The notes: generated by a model from the letters alone, not told the origin. A DNA stretch of 62,758 nt, filler included, from Octopus bimaculoides (GCF_001194135.2; 5 parts of 4 records of this genome joined end to end with filler, not necessarily neighbours in it); one strand, 5' to 3'. Numbered from the whole stretch's first letter, positions 21,301-34,500 are shown. Program-made: numbers and translations.

Positions 21301-24300
21301 GTGTTGTCAGAGTGTGTACACATTAACGGACTTATTGCAGCGGTCCTTCAGTTTTTCTAAGCCCTATAAAAGAACTCAGAAGGTTGGGCGTTTAACCAGG
21401 CCTTTCGCGATACCCTTGAAGCCAGGAACTTTTCAGCACTCACTCGTATACATATTATTACATAGAAAAATGCGAGCATGAAGGATCTTTTTTAAAACGG
21501 GGGCCACATTTTTCATTAACGAAACACTTTGAAACTTGGAACACTGGTAGAATGTGTCATATAAAACATCTTTTTCTCTTAATCGTCTTAAAAAAAAAAG
21601 AAATCCATAAGTTATTCCATGTTAAAGTTGTCGTATTTCTGTAATTTCAACCAATCACTGACGTCCATTCAGCCGATATACATTAAGTGCCGACTACATA
21701 AACAAACGATTCTGAAACAATTAACCCTAACCCTAACCCTAACCCTAGGGTTAGGGTTAGGGTTAAAGCAAATTTAAAATGAAAAAAGCAAATAAAACGA
21801 AGGTATGGAGATTAAATACGCTTTACATCGCTTAATCAGCCAAAGGAGTAAATATAAACAACTGAATACTTGTCAGTGATTGGTTGAAATTATCGAAATA
21901 AGACAATTTTTTACATGAAATAAATTCGAATACAAAAATATTTTTCTGTTCTATAACACAAAATAGATAAGTATACGAAGTTTGAAAGTCTTTCGGTACC
22001 AAAAACACTACGTAAAACATTAATGAAAAATGTGGCCCCCGTTTTAAAATAGATCCGGACAAACTGCTACTTCAAGTAAAGTAAAGAATAAGAAACTTTT
22101 TACTTAAAATGTTGCAGCAAAGAATGCCAGTTCTTTTAATTCATCACTCTTTACAGTTCTCATCTTTTAAATTTATTGTACAAAACTGTTCAGCTAATTT
22201 GTAAGTTTGTCTAATTAGTCACTTTTTTTTCTCTATATTTAAGGTAGTAAATTAACCAAATTCTACTTAAATAAGTATAGTGTTATTTGTAAACTATAAT
22301 AAAATATTTTTTTAATATTCAAATTTTAATTTTAGCTGCAATATTCAGATGCAGCACGAAATTTTGTCAGTGAACAGGTTGCGGTCTCAGAGACGAAAAT
22401 ATTTTGGCAAATTAAATTTAAATGTTGAAGTAAATCTAACTGCTTTTGTGTGTTTTTAAATGTCTTATAAACATCTTTCACGCTACAATTGTTTTTAAAT
22501 TTAATTTTTTCGTTATTTTATTGTCTTTATTGCTATTATTATTAAATCTATTGCTATTACATCTATTATGTTATATATTATTATATTCTAAAAGTAGTGC
22601 CTTCTTGAGCTCACCTGGCAAAATTGGCATACCATATTTCCAGATTATGAGGCTTAGTGTCAGTCTTCACTGAACCGGCGAGCAATTGTGAAAATGGTAG
22701 TGACATCTCAACTGACCAAAAGTCTCCTGACAAAGAAAAACATAAGATTAAAAATAAAAATCATCATATTTATCTAACTCTATGAATGTAGAATCCGGTT
22801 TAACATGTTCATTAAAATGCCAAATTGATATAAACGTATGACCCAAATGCTTTGTTTTAATGCTGGTTTACATTACAACGGTTTGAAGATATAGTAGGGA
22901 AAATCGTGTTAAAAAAGGAAACCACTGAAACAAAATTGCAAATGAAGTCGCGAATTGGCAGAGTTGTTAGAGTATCGGATAGAATGCTCCGTGGTACTTG
23001 TTCCATCTCTCTACGCCCTGTGTTCAAATCTCGCCGAGGTCAACTTCACTTTTTATCCTTTCGGGGGTTCATAAAAATGTTCCAGTCGAGAGTAGGATTT
23101 GCAGAATCGTAAGAATGTCGGACTGGATGCATTGCGGTACTTGTTCCGGCTCTTTGCGCTCTGAGTTCAAATTCTGCCATGGTCCACCTGGGTGGTAGAC
23201 TTAATCCATCGCCCGATTAAACACTGGCATTTTGGTTGCCTTTAGCGGAACCCATCCTGTCGAAAGCATTTGGGCCCCGGATTCCAATTTGAAGATTTTT
23301 CATCCCTCCCCACCCATCTAGGACGCCCTGGACAATTCCTTCTGCCTCGACTAAAAGATAAAGAATAACGACAAACAAACGTAAGAATAACATTAAGTAT
23401 TGGGTTTGAGCAAGGATATTAGCAGGTAAGCCTGCGTATATCATGGGCACAGTTCTTTCCTTGGCGCTAATAACTCAGTTCCAAAGCAATTACTTGTAAA
23501 CGTTCTCTTTATGTAGAAGAGATCGCTAAAAGGTGTATATGTAAATTACATATACTGGAAACAGCGAGTATAACATTGTCTTTATTCACTACAACGAAAT
23601 CTTTAATTGTGCCTGATGTGGAATCGTGATTTTTCTCGCAGTGAAATGAAATGGGTTAGCACCACCGCACAATCTTGATTTGCCGGGAGCATATTTCTTG
23701 CGTTTTGGCACGTTACCAAAATCCAGCCATATACTCATTCAAAGTTCAATACACGCTCTCTCCAGTCATTGAAAAGCACCCTTTATTATTAAATCAGAAC
23801 AAGTGAAAACATTTACCTTGAATGTTCGGGTTGTTGACTTCTCCGTCAACATTAACAGCTACATTCACTCGACTGTCCCAGTTCTGCAAAGCTTCACCTC
23901 CATCAATGTAAGCCTTGTGTAAAAGATGGATGGTGGAAATGACAAACAAAAGTTAGGAAACAAAAGACAAAGAATCCGTGGGTTAACATAAACTTTAAAT
24001 AGCATTATTTTGGAGGGTGTTGTTGTTTAACTCCTGGTTGAACACTCATATGATCAAAGGTATTATATAGCCAGGACTACATTATCTTGTTTTAGAAATA
24101 GTGCTTTATAAAATACTGGTGGCTGTTAGATGTCCTTTACCCCTTGTATTTGAGCTGATTAGCTGACTGCTAAGAGCTGTAGCTGATGTTTGGAGTTGAC
24201 TCGAATACTGCTGACAGAGTTGCGGTGTGTTCTTTTCAATCTTGCTTCTATCAGAGAAGTTGACTCAGTACGTAGGATAGTCGTTAATTACACAGTGCTC

Positions 24301-24429
24301 TTGCTGTCTGCAACAGGAAACCGAACCTCCTATAGGCAATACTAGGTCGCAGATAAAAATATCGAGCTTACCTTCGTTAGTAGTGCATCCCATACTGTGC
24401 TAAATGCGTTGACTCCTATCTCCTTGTAT
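15078..24429 (-). CDS. Carbohydrate-binding family 9-like (CBM9/DOMON-like) domain protein, 3' part; 7 coding exons, 5' exons not found
   Basis: Seven GT-AG exons join phase-consistently into 242 aa plus TAA: YKEIGVNAFSTVWDALLTKAYIDGG...AVNVDGEVNNP...DFWSVEMSLPFSQL...WYANFAR...WWSWNPTGAYSLHLPNRWGLIQF. This matches the recalled family pattern YxExExNAxNTxWDLxLxKPY..GG / WxVExAIP / WRxNFxR / WVWSPQGxxxMHxPxRWGxxQF. Confidence 0.85.
15430..15696 (+). mobile_element. RTE LINE 3'-UTR fragment with (GAT)n tail, in the last intron of the CBM9-like gene
   Basis: Near-identical to 4720-4945 (gtgacacgtaaaagcacccactacactctctgagtggttggcgttaggaagggcatccagctgtagaaac...ggacgttaaacgatgatgatg). Confidence 0.9.
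16352..16475 (-). CDS. CBM9-like exon (WGLIQF...GIIFESLH)
   Basis: cttttatag| and |gtaagt; 124 nt, phase 2/0; only one frame is open. Confidence 0.88.
18476..18546 (-). CDS. CBM9-like exon (IPNIRPKWWSWNPTGAYSLHLPN)
   Basis: atatttcag| and |gttagt; 71 nt, phase 0/2. Confidence 0.87.
21058..21100 (-). CDS. CBM9-like exon (SHIQASAHGDHYHP)
   Basis: atttatag| and |gtaaat; 43 nt, phase 2/0; it bridges the flanking exons in frame. Confidence 0.78.
21483..22056. mobile_element. Non-autonomous DNA transposon/MITE with 37-bp TIRs, an inner 21-bp inverted repeat and a central telomere-repeat palindrome
   Basis: TIRs at 21483-21519 and 22020-22056 differ at 1 of 37 positions. The inner inverted repeat (21642-21662 / 21872-21892) is perfect. 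(CCCTAA)n-(TTAGGG)n forms a palindrome at 21728-21765. No clear TSD. Confidence 0.8.
22615..22726 (-). CDS. CBM9-like exon (DFWSVEMSLP...WYANFA)
   Basis: tttgtcag| and |gtgagc; 112 nt, phase 1/2. Confidence 0.9.
23817..23913 (-). CDS. CBM9-like exon (AYIDGG...NNPNIQ)
   Basis: acacaag| and |gtaaat; 97 nt, phase 0/1. Confidence 0.88.
24372..24429 (-). CDS. CBM9-like exon (YKEIGVNAFSTVWDALLTK)
   Basis: ccttctag| and |gtaagc; 58 nt, phase 2/0. Confidence 0.88.
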
Positions 24430-24573
24430 CTAGAAGGAGAAAAACAAGAGGGGCAATAAAAGAAATTAAACATGTTAATGTATGTATGTATCCCTCCATA
24501 ATACTTTATTTCTTCTTTCGTTCAGACTTTCTCTAGTCTCCAGTCCAACAGGACATTTTCATTTTCCTTTGCG

Positions 24574-24673
24574 NNNNNNNNNNNNNNNNNNNNNNNNNNN
24601 NNNNNNNNNNNNNNNNNTTAATTAATTAANNNNNNNNNNNNNNNNNNNNNNNNNNNNNNNNNNNNNNNNNNNN
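24574..24673. other. Assembly spacer N44-TTAATTAATTAA-N44; the same 12-mer also lies between N runs at 42410-42421, 52423-52434 and 59433-59444
   Basis: An identical 12-mer isolated between N runs four times is a scaffolding marker, not biology. Confidence 0.9.
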
Positions 24674-25013
24674 ATAGGATCGCAGTTTCGATTCCCAGAC
24701 CGGGCGTTGTGAGTGTTTATTGAGCGAAAACACCTAAAGCTCCACGAGGTTCCGGCAGGGGATGGTGGCGAACCCTGCTGTACTCTTTCACCACAACTTT
24801 CTCTCACTCTTACTTCCTGTTTCTGTTGTGCCTGTAATTCAAAGGGTGAGCCTTGTCACACTGTGTCACGCTGAATATCCCCGAGAACTACGTTAAGGGT
24901 ACAGGTGTCTGTGGAGTGCTCAGCCACTTGCACGTTAATTTCACGAGCAGGCTGTTCCGTTGATCGGATCAACTGGAACCCTCGACGTCGTAAGCGACGG
25001 AGTGCCAACAACA
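24674..25013 (+). mobile_element. tRNA-derived SINE family B (~400 bp, (ACA)n tail), 5' end in gap
   Basis: Near-identical to the copies at 48971-49360 and 50242-50570. Confidence 0.88.
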
Positions 25014-25149
25014 AATGTGCATAGGTTAATTCCCACTGTACGATGCTCTATGTGGTTGCTCAACCTGATAGAAATAACGATCAATTTACGACAAATCGAA
25101 CCTACTGTCTCAAAAAAACAGGGACATTAGATAATATACAATGCACTTA

Positions 25150-25367
25150 GGGCGGTGAGATGGCAGAATTGTTGGCATGCCGGGCGAAATATTTATCGGC
25201 ATTTCGTCCGTCTTTACGTTCTGAGTTCAAATGCCGCCGGGGTCGACTTTGAGTTTCATCATTTCGTAGCCAATAAAGTAAGTACCAGTTGAGTGCTGGG
25301 GTTGATGTAATCAATTTATTCCACCCCGCCAAAAAAATTGCAGGCCTTGTGCCAAAATTTGAAATCA
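25150..25367 (+). mobile_element. tRNA-derived SINE family A (Meta-domain-like core). Many further partial copies lie near 17500-18240, 20880-21020, 22950-23200, 28174-28272, 29540-29840, 47220-47400, 49470-49660, 53740-53960 and 58080-58670
   Basis: Head GGCGGYGAGCTGGCAGAA (A box) and GAGTTCAAAT (B box), followed by the core GCCTTTCATCCTTTCGGGGTCGATAAA..AAGTACCAG, which is degenerate in this copy. Confidence 0.82.
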
Positions 25368-26619
25368 GTATAATCTGCCTGAGTATATGCGCGCGTGTGT
25401 GAGGATGTGTGGGGTGTAGATTTCGGCGAATGTTTAAACAAAGCATNNNNNNNNNNAATCGATTTATTCCACCTCGCCCAAAAATTGCAGGCCTTGTGCC
25501 AAAATTTGAAATCAGTATAATCTGCCTGAGTATATGCGCGCGTGTGTGAGGATGTGTGGGGTGTAGATTTCGGCGAATGTTTAAACAAAGCATGAGTTTT
25601 TGGGAAGGTTGCTTTTTAAGCAGTTTGGGTGATATCTTTTATTGAATTCAGTGTATATAAAGAAATGTCAGCTAATTATTGAAGAATGAGACAAAGAACA
25701 AAGGATTTATGGTTGGTTGCTTTAGTGACGAGTCTATCTAGAATTGTCTATTTTATTTCAATAAATTGTTATTTTTAATTTGGGAAAGTCATTAAACGCA
25801 CGCACACACACACACACACACGCACATACACAAGAATGCAGGTATCTCTCTTTACAAGTGTATGTGTACACGTATATTGAATTTATTTCTATCCTCGGAA
25901 ATATCATGTCATTTACTGTGCTGCAAATTATCTTCGTATGGTAAGTAACGGCCTAAGTCTTCGTAGGACCTGATAGTTATCGTTGGTGCTATAAGTTAAG
26001 ACAAATTATATAATGGTGTGTTCTTTTCCACGGATAAATTTATTTGGGTGGTGAATCAGCAGAGTCTTTAAACTGTGGGATAGAAATTTATCCAATATTC
26101 AAAAGCAAATTCAATGCATGGAACACTTAAAAGTTATTGTACGATAAACATACCGTGAAAGAAAAACAATATTAATCAATAACTAACGTTTGCCTTCATT
26201 TTACTGTTTAGCACGGGAGACAACTCAGTACATCTTTCTGCTTTGTTGACAGCCATCAGTGATAGTGTATCCTCACTGTAATTTACTGAAACAGTAGCAA
26301 ACGAGTATCTTAATAAATATATGTTGATCAAATGATTTCTGGATAATTATGTCCAACAAATTACAGATAAATCACCTATACCTGGATATAGCTCTACAAA
26401 CAATAACTCTTTTCTCAAATGGGCTACGGTGCCCACAGAGTGATTGTAATATGAGAGGGAAGAGGGCTGATTGGATGTGAACACAGAATTAGAGCAGAAG
26501 GGAACAAAAAATCCCACAGAACCGCTATTATTGGAAATAATGTCTTTCCCAGTCATGGTCTGGACCAATACTGGCCGAAACTTATGTAAGTATCTAAGTA
26601 TGCATTATGTATAATTGTT

Positions 26620-26900
26620 GGCATAGAAAAGGCGTTACTGCATGGATAAGAAGCTTTCATCCCAACTATGTAGTCTTGGGTTCAGTCCCACTGTGCAGCA
26701 TCTTGAGTGTCTGCTACTATAACTCCGGGCCGACCAAAGCCTTGTGAGTGGATTTGGCAGACGGAAACTGAAAGGAGCTCGTCACATATACATATGTGTG
26801 TGTGTGTGTGTATGTGTGTGTGTGCTTTGTGTATGTCTTTGTGTTTATTCTCCACCACTTAACAACCAGTTTTGGTTTGTTTAGATCCCCGTAACTTAGC
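26620..26900 (+). mobile_element. tRNA-derived SINE family C (CORE-like); other copies near 29860-30170 and 59770-60140
   Basis: Shared ggttcagtcccactg...ccttgggcaagtgtcttctact...gccttgtgagtggatttggtagacggaaactga motifs, with an internal (TA)/(TG) tract. Confidence 0.75.
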
Positions 26901-28281
26901 GTGTCTTGTGCAAATCAGTTTATCTAGCATCACTTTTCCATAAGGTAAAACATACAGGGTGAGTTGAACCCAGCCAGTGCATGCTAAAAATCTCTTGTCA
27001 TGAATTTTACTATACTGACTCTATATAAAACAATTGGTCGTTCCAATCCTGCCCGATTTATATCCTGTGAGATGAGCTGAAGGCATTTAGAGTTGGGTAG
27101 TGCCGTTAACAGGACACGAAACCTTCATATTTTGGTTAATTGTCCGTTATCATATCTACTTGGCCATTCTTTCACAAACTTCAATAGAGAACTTCGGTCT
27201 TTTTTTTTTCAAAAATATATGTTCTAACCTTCCTAACGCATGATCACACAATACACGCACATATACACACAAACACACACACACACACACACATACATAA
27301 ATACATACATATATACATACACCTATACACACATCGTTTCTCACTTCAAAGACAGCAAAAAACCTCCCCTTTAAAACATACTCAAGTAACGGCTTTTACA
27401 CACAGTGGGAGAGAGGAAAGAGAGGAAGGGTGAGATAAAGACAGGAGGAAAGAGAGCGAGAGAGAGGGTGAGAGAGAGAGAGGGTGAGAGAGAGTAAGGG
27501 AGATTGAGAGAGAGAGATACAGAGAGATACAGAGAGATCATCTATCTCAATGCAAACACATCAGAAGTGCAGTTGTGTTGGAGAAATGCTTCATATAGAA
27601 AATGGAAAAAACAAATGCAAAACAAAACAAAAAACGAGATACACGATCTTTAACGAACTGTAACGGACGAGGTCGAATGAACCCGAAGCTATTTAAAACG
27701 GACGACTAGATAACCATGTATTATCTTCCTGTATCTACCTTCTTCCTTAAATCCCCTTCATTTATCCACTCCCACCCATCACATACACGCGCGCGCACAC
27801 ACACACAGACACACACGCACACGCACATATACACGTACATGCAAACATACACACACACACATATATATAAGAGAAAGTAAAAGAAGAGGGGAAAAAATGA
27901 ATGTGAAAGATGAATGGTCGTAAAAGAATCATGATTCTTTGAATGGATTTAGCTCAGTGAGGAATGTTTGAAAAATGTGCTCTCGCAAATGAACAGAAAG
28001 AGATGAATGCATATACAATATATGGTTTTGATTTATTTAGGATTTCAACGAAATCTCGATACCAAACAGGATAAAAGTATGTTATGACCCCAGCAAAAGC
28101 GAAACAAGCCGGGTACATTACAGAGTCCACATTGGCTCACGTCTCCGAGTAATCTAATTTATAAAAATATCTAAGGCGGAGAGCTGACAAAATGCTTAGC
28201 GGCGTTTCATCCATCTTTACATTTTGAGTTCAATTTCTGCCGTGATCGAATTTGCCTGTGCCAAAATTTGAAACTTATACA

Positions 28282-28321
<40 letters not shown>

Positions 28322-28989
28322 CNNNNNNNNNNNNNNNNNNNNNNNNNNNNNNNNNNNNNNNNNNNNNNNNNNNNNNNNNNNNNNNNNNNNNNNNNNNNNN
28401 NNNNNNNNNNNNNNNNNNNNNNNNNNNNNNNNNNNNNNNNNNNNNNNNNNNNNNNNNNNNNNNNNNNNNNNNNNNNNNNNNNNNNNNNNNNNNNNNNNNN
28501 NNNNNNNNNNNNNNNNNNNNNNNNNNNNNNNNNNNNNNNNNNNNNNNNNNNNNNNNNNNNNNNNNNNNNNNNNNNNNNNNNNNNNNNNNNNNNNNNNNNN
28601 NNNNNNNNNNNNNNNNNNNNNNNNNNNNNNNNNNNNNNNNNNNNNNNNNNNNNNNNNNNNNNNNNNNNNNNNNNNNNNNNNNNNNNNNNNNNNNNNNNNN
28701 NNNNNNNNNNNNNNNNNNNNNNNNNNNNNNNNNNNNNNNNNNNNNNNNNNNNNNNNNNNNNNNNNNNNNNNNNNNNNNNNNNNNNNNNNNNNNNNNNNNN
28801 NNNNNNNNNNNNNNNNNNNNNNNNNNNNNNNNNNNNNNNNNNNNNNNNNNNNNNNNNNNNNNNNNNNNNNNNNNNNNNNNNNNNNNNNNNNNNNNNNNNN
28901 NNNNNNNNNNNNNNNNNNNNNNNNNNNNNNNNNNNNNNNNNNNNNNNNNNNNNNNNNNNNNNNNNNNNNNNNNNNNNNNNNNNNNNNNA

Positions 28990-29452
28990 TAATATTATAA
29001 AAAGATGGGCTACAGCAAATATTCTGCTCAATACCACAGATTTGCTTGTCAGTTGTTTGACCTTAACCAGTTGAGCATGCCTCTTGGTGGCTGACGATAT
29101 GTGCATCTCTGATCATGAGCAGAAGTAGTGGGGGAGCACATAGCCATGTGTTGAGAGGAATTCTTTGGGGTTTGAATAATTTACCTTTGGAAACATGGGT
29201 GTTTTGCTCAACATCCTTAAACGAACCTTATTCAGGGACCTTTTGAGCGGGATGGGCTACTCGACCTGAAGAAAATTCTAACTAGGCCCCACCTGCGAGG
29301 TCATGCGCTGTTTATCTTGATATGTCGCGTACATATGGTTGTGATGCATGTGCCTGATGTACCCTGATCAGACGGGTAGTCATGGTGGGTATATTGGGCT
29401 TCGTATATTTTACCCCAGTGTCACTTTGATGGCATGCACTGCTCTTTCACTC

Positions 29453-29510
<58 letters not shown>
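28990..29510 (+). mobile_element. Interspersed non-coding repeat ending in an (AAT)n tail (SINE or LINE 3' end)
   Basis: GC-richer block ending ...ctctttcactc(aat)n at 29455-29510; the 5' end lies in a gap. Family identity is inferred. Confidence 0.55.
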
Positions 29511-32500
29511 GTCTCTACAGATTTGAAATTTAAAGGGGACGGTGGTTAGTCAATAAAATTCTCTCCAGTATTTTGGATATTTCTATTTTATCGACCTTTG
29601 GTAAGAAGAAAGGCAAGGCTCATCTCAGTGATATTTGAACCTAGGATGTAGAAAGAATCCGAACAAACACGGTAATACGTTTTTGTTTGCCACCCTTTAT
29701 AATGAAATTAATGGCTATTGATTTATGTACAAGGCTAAGAGCTTTGGCAGGAAGGAGTTAGTTGATACCATCGGTCCCAGTACTTGATTGGTACTCGATT
29801 TTATCGATTTCAGAGGATGAAAAGGCAAAGTTGACATCAGATGACTACGAACGTGGAAAGGCGCAGGTATGGCTGTGTGGTAAGAAGCTCGCTTTCCCTT
29901 CACATGGTTCCAGGTTCAGTTCTTCTGCGTGGCATCTTGGGCAGAGCCTTGTGAGTGGTGTTGGTAGATGGAAACTGAACGAAGCCCGTCGTATACACAC
30001 ATACACATATATGTATGTATATATTTATGAGTGTGTATCTTGTCGCCCCACCGTCACTTGACAACCGATGGTGGTGTGTTTATTTCCCCGTAAAGTAGAG
30101 GTTCGGCCAAAGAGATCGATAGAATAAGTACTAGGCTTACAAAGAATAAGTGCTGGGGTCGATTTCTCCAGTGAGGAGGTGCATGCCTTAGTGGGCAGGG
30201 TGTTGGACTCATGATCATAAGATTGTGGTTTCACTTCCTGGACAGGACGACGCATTGAATTCTGGAGCACTTCAATTCACATTGCTCCAGTTCACCCAGC
30301 CAGCAAAAAGTGAGTGTTCCTGTGATAGACCGGTTTCCATGGCGCATGTATTACCTCACTGTCCAAGGGGAAATATATACACCACAGAAATCAGGAAATC
30401 GGTCATATGTGCCTATATAACTCGGGCAGGGTCTTTATCCAATATATATATATATATATANNNNNNNNNNNNNNNNNNNNNNNNNNNNNNNNNNNNNNNN
30501 NNNNNNNNNNNNNNNNNNNNNNNNNNNNNNNNNNNNNNNNNNNNNNNNNNNNNNNNNNNNNTATCCATGCATACACGTCCAATACTCCTTAAGAAGTAGA
30601 TTACAAGGATCAAAGAGAGTGAGTTACTATTTTACATTTATATATACATTATAAATGTTACACACCGCATCGGTTTCTTTGCTTAAACATTTCTATCATA
30701 CGCACAAAACAAACAGTCATCAATATTTTGTAATCATAGAGTGAAATTTCTGGTTGAACTGTTTTTAGTTTCCAGCCCTGTAGCAGAAAATGATGCATCG
30801 TATTTCAGACACGAGAGTGACATTACAGAAAGTTTGTCTCATCTGGGGAAATAACAACATCAACTTTTAATTAATTAGACGTGTCGATTTGATGATTATC
30901 AATATTGGGAACCAGTAGCTAAAATGTATCGCGTGAGAAGATGTTGAACAGGCGATTTGTTAAAAATTCCTTGGAGGTAGGAAGCCAGTACCAAAGGGTC
31001 TTTCTTACATCTAAAATAGATGAATTCCAACAAGGAAAATACAAAATCAGAATCGAAGAAAAATAAAAAAGAACAAAGGAAAGGAAAATAGATTGAATAG
31101 TGGCTTACTGAATATTTTTCCATTACTAAGAAAGTGTGTGGCCTGGTGGTTAGAGTGTTTGGCTTGTAGTCATGAGTTCAATTCTGGTACTAGGCGGTTG
31201 TGTCTTTGAAAAAAGCACTTCATTTTATGTTGCTCCGGTCTATTCAGGTGAAAGGGAATTTCAGCAGATATTTCTCTGGGTGGTAAGTTCACTTCCTCAA
31301 CTTGACGATGTGTTATAACCTCGAGAAAAACATTTGATGTTGCTCTTGTCTATTCAGTTAAAAACGAGTACTATCCCACTGCTGATGTAGCCCTCTCTCC
31401 CTCTATCTGTCACATTATCGATGTTTTGCTTGGTCAAGGATGTAAGGACTCGGAAATGGGAGTTGTCTACGTTTGCTTGCAATCCCATAAGCACGTAAAT
31501 CAGTTAGCAAAAGCATGATACATGTTACGAAGCCATTCTCGCTTGCGAGTGACGGTTGACTAGACTTTATTTTATCAAGGTATATTTGAAGACTTCTGTC
31601 ACTTTTTATTTCGGTAAAATAACATCAAAGAAGCACAAGCCTTCGAGATTTTCTGCTGGGGAAAAAATATCAGTATACTCGTCCAAATCTCAATGCACAC
31701 CATGGTTAACATGCGATACCAAGTATCTACTTCCTTATTTGTCAGTCCCAGAAGTTTTAAAATTGAGGTTAAAACAAGAAACAGTTGATTTAGTTACATC
31801 TTTTCACTCCAAATTGCTGCACTTTTTTATCATCGTACGAACGAAACACTATTGAAACTAATAATTGTGTTGCAAACACTTAAAACTTAGTTCAGTTTTC
31901 GGCAGCCATGTTGAAACACTAATGTAGTTAAGTATTTCTCACAAAAAAATTCCCAACCTATGCTTTTATGTCAGTGTTTTGTCATCAAGTTAAATGTTGT
32001 TATAGTCCATTTAGCACCGTAATATGATTGTGGCTAAACCGTTATTTTGGACAGAATTAGAAGATAAAGAGACATAAATTAGTTTATATTTTCCTCAACG
32101 TGTCTACTTTGGTCTCTTTCCCCTCTCTTTTTCCTTCCTTCTTTTTCTCTTTCATATGCACAGAGATGCACGCATGTACAGATAATATGATACACATAAA
32201 CACTTAAACACATACATACACACACATACCGCATACACATTCTATCTTACACACACAGACACACACACACATTATCTTACACGCACACGCACTCTACTTT
32301 ACACACACACACACATATGCTCTTTCACACATGCTCTTACAGGCTTTCTCCCATATATATCTTTCTCTTACTCTCTCTCATACATTTACACAGACACTCT
32401 CTCACACTCTCTTTCTCAACTACTCTCTCTCTCTCTCTCTCACTTGCAGACATACGCGTTCTCTCTCGCAATCGCGCGCACACACACTCACACACACGCA

Positions 32501-32690
32501 CACACACACACATGCACCCACACACANNNNNNNNNNNNNNNNNNNNNNNNNNNNNNNNNNNNNNNNNNNNNNNNNNNNNNNNNNNNNNNNNNNNNNNNNN
32601 NNNNNNNNNNNNNNNNNNNNNNNNNNNNNNNNNNNNNNNNNNNNNNNNNNNNNNNNNNNNNNNNNNNNNNNNNNNNNNNNNNNNNNNNNN

Positions 32691-32729
<39 letters not shown>

Positions 32730-32902
32730 ACACACACTCAGACACGCTCTCTCTCTCTTTTCTGAACATACATATACATACTATCTCGCATACATACAAA
32801 CACTTTCGCTCACCCACTCTTCTTCCTTTTCTCTCTCGCACACTCGCACAAACATTTTCTCTCTTTCTCTCTCTCACACACACTCTCTCGCTCTCTCACA
32901 CA

Positions 32903-32933
<31 letters not shown>

Positions 32934-33526
32934 ACACACACTCTCTCTCTCTCTTTCTAGCACATTGTCTTTACCCCCCGCCTCTCTCTCTCTCCCCTGT
33001 CTCTCTCTCTCCCCTGTCTCTCTCATATGCACTCTACATTGGACAGCCTACCAATGGTATTTTATTCCCGTAATGTATGGATTTATGTACGTTTGATTTC
33101 AACCGATACATAAACACAAGTATAAATTGTTGCTATGGAAGTTCAGTTACATTTAGTTATTTGTCGATATTTATAAAAAATTTCGGTTTTTATGCAAAGA
33201 TTTTCCGAAAACAGCAAATATCATATCAGACAAGATTATTATTGGTTTAGGAATTTAGATTTTCCAATTCTTTCCTTTCTGTTTCTTTATGTTTCTTTAC
33301 ACCAACGTTCTAAAAATGCATTTTTGAAAATATATTTCCTGGAGTATAGAACAATTCTACTGTCTGTTTCAGCTTAAGATTTGCTACAAACATACATATA
33401 CGCGCGCAGGTGTACACACACATACACACGCACACACGTACACAGAAACACACACACACATACACATATACACACACGCATACATACATGCCTGTATGTG
33501 TATGTATATATATATAAATATATATT

Positions 33527-33582
<56 letters not shown>

Positions 33583-33946
33583 AATTTAAATATATATATN
33601 NNNNNNNNNNNNNNNNNNNNNNNNNNNNNNNNNNNNNNNNNNNNNNNNNNNNNNNNNNNNNNNNNNNNNNNNNNNNNNNNNNNNNNNNNNNNNNNNNNNN
33701 NNNNNNNNNNNNNNNNNNNNNNNNNNNNNNNNNNNNNNNNNNNNNNNNNNNNNNNNNNNNNNNNNNNNNNNNNNNNNNNNNNNNNNNNNNNNNNNNNNNN
33801 NNNNNNNNNNNNNNNNNNNNNNNNNNNNNNNNNNNNNNNNNNNNNNNNNNNNNNNNNNNNNNNNNNNNNNNNNNNNNNNNNNNNNNNNNNNNNNNNNNNN
33901 NNNNNNNNNNNNNNNNNNNNNNNNNNNNNNNNNATATGTATACATG

Positions 33947-34500
33947 CAGGGTGCGGTGAATAAACTGTCATCTAAATTACGCAAAAATGAAAATAACACT
34001 AACATCTCATTTTAGCAGATATATTTACCAAAATTACTTTAAAATATCTTGAAATAATAAAGAGTAAATGTATCCAATAAAATCACCATTGGCTTCAACC
34101 ACGGCCTCCAGACAACTTCGGAATCTCCTGCTGCCATAATTCTTGCCTTCAGTTCATCTTTGGTGTTGCAAGGAGTTTTGTTGATCTCTTGCCTGACTGT
34201 ACCCCACACATAATAATCATGGGAGTTGCAGATGTTAACGGTGGTGTGGTCGCAGAAATTGTCTGACAACCATGACTGGATTCTTCTGCTGGCATGGCTT
34301 GGTGAAGAGTCCTTTTGCTAGACATAGGGTCTTCCAGCAGCCACCATCTTGACCCAGAGCAGTTCTACCTCCTCCATGTTGACTGGATGTTTGATTTTTA
34401 TCAATCGGTACATTTCCTCAGATTCACACCTAAACACTCTGAAATGTTCGTATTGGAGCTTCCGGTGCGAATGCCACGATAAATACACACACGAGCAATG
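33947..34500 (-). mobile_element. Internally deleted Tc1/mariner-superfamily transposase remnant
   Basis: DYYVWGTVRQEINKTPCNTKDELKARIMAA resembles the Tc1/maT C-terminus (NPLDYYVWG...). A CAGGGTG terminus-like motif sits at 33947. Confidence 0.65.

Noticed and set aside
21721-21765. Chromosome-fusion scar or true telomere
   Set aside because: The array is very short, has (CCCTAA)-(TTAGGG) polarity opposite to a fusion, and is embedded in a TIR element.
25305-25592. ~140-bp tandem duplication across a 10-N gap
   Set aside because: Near-identical sequence on both sides of a minimal gap is typical of unmerged contig overlap.
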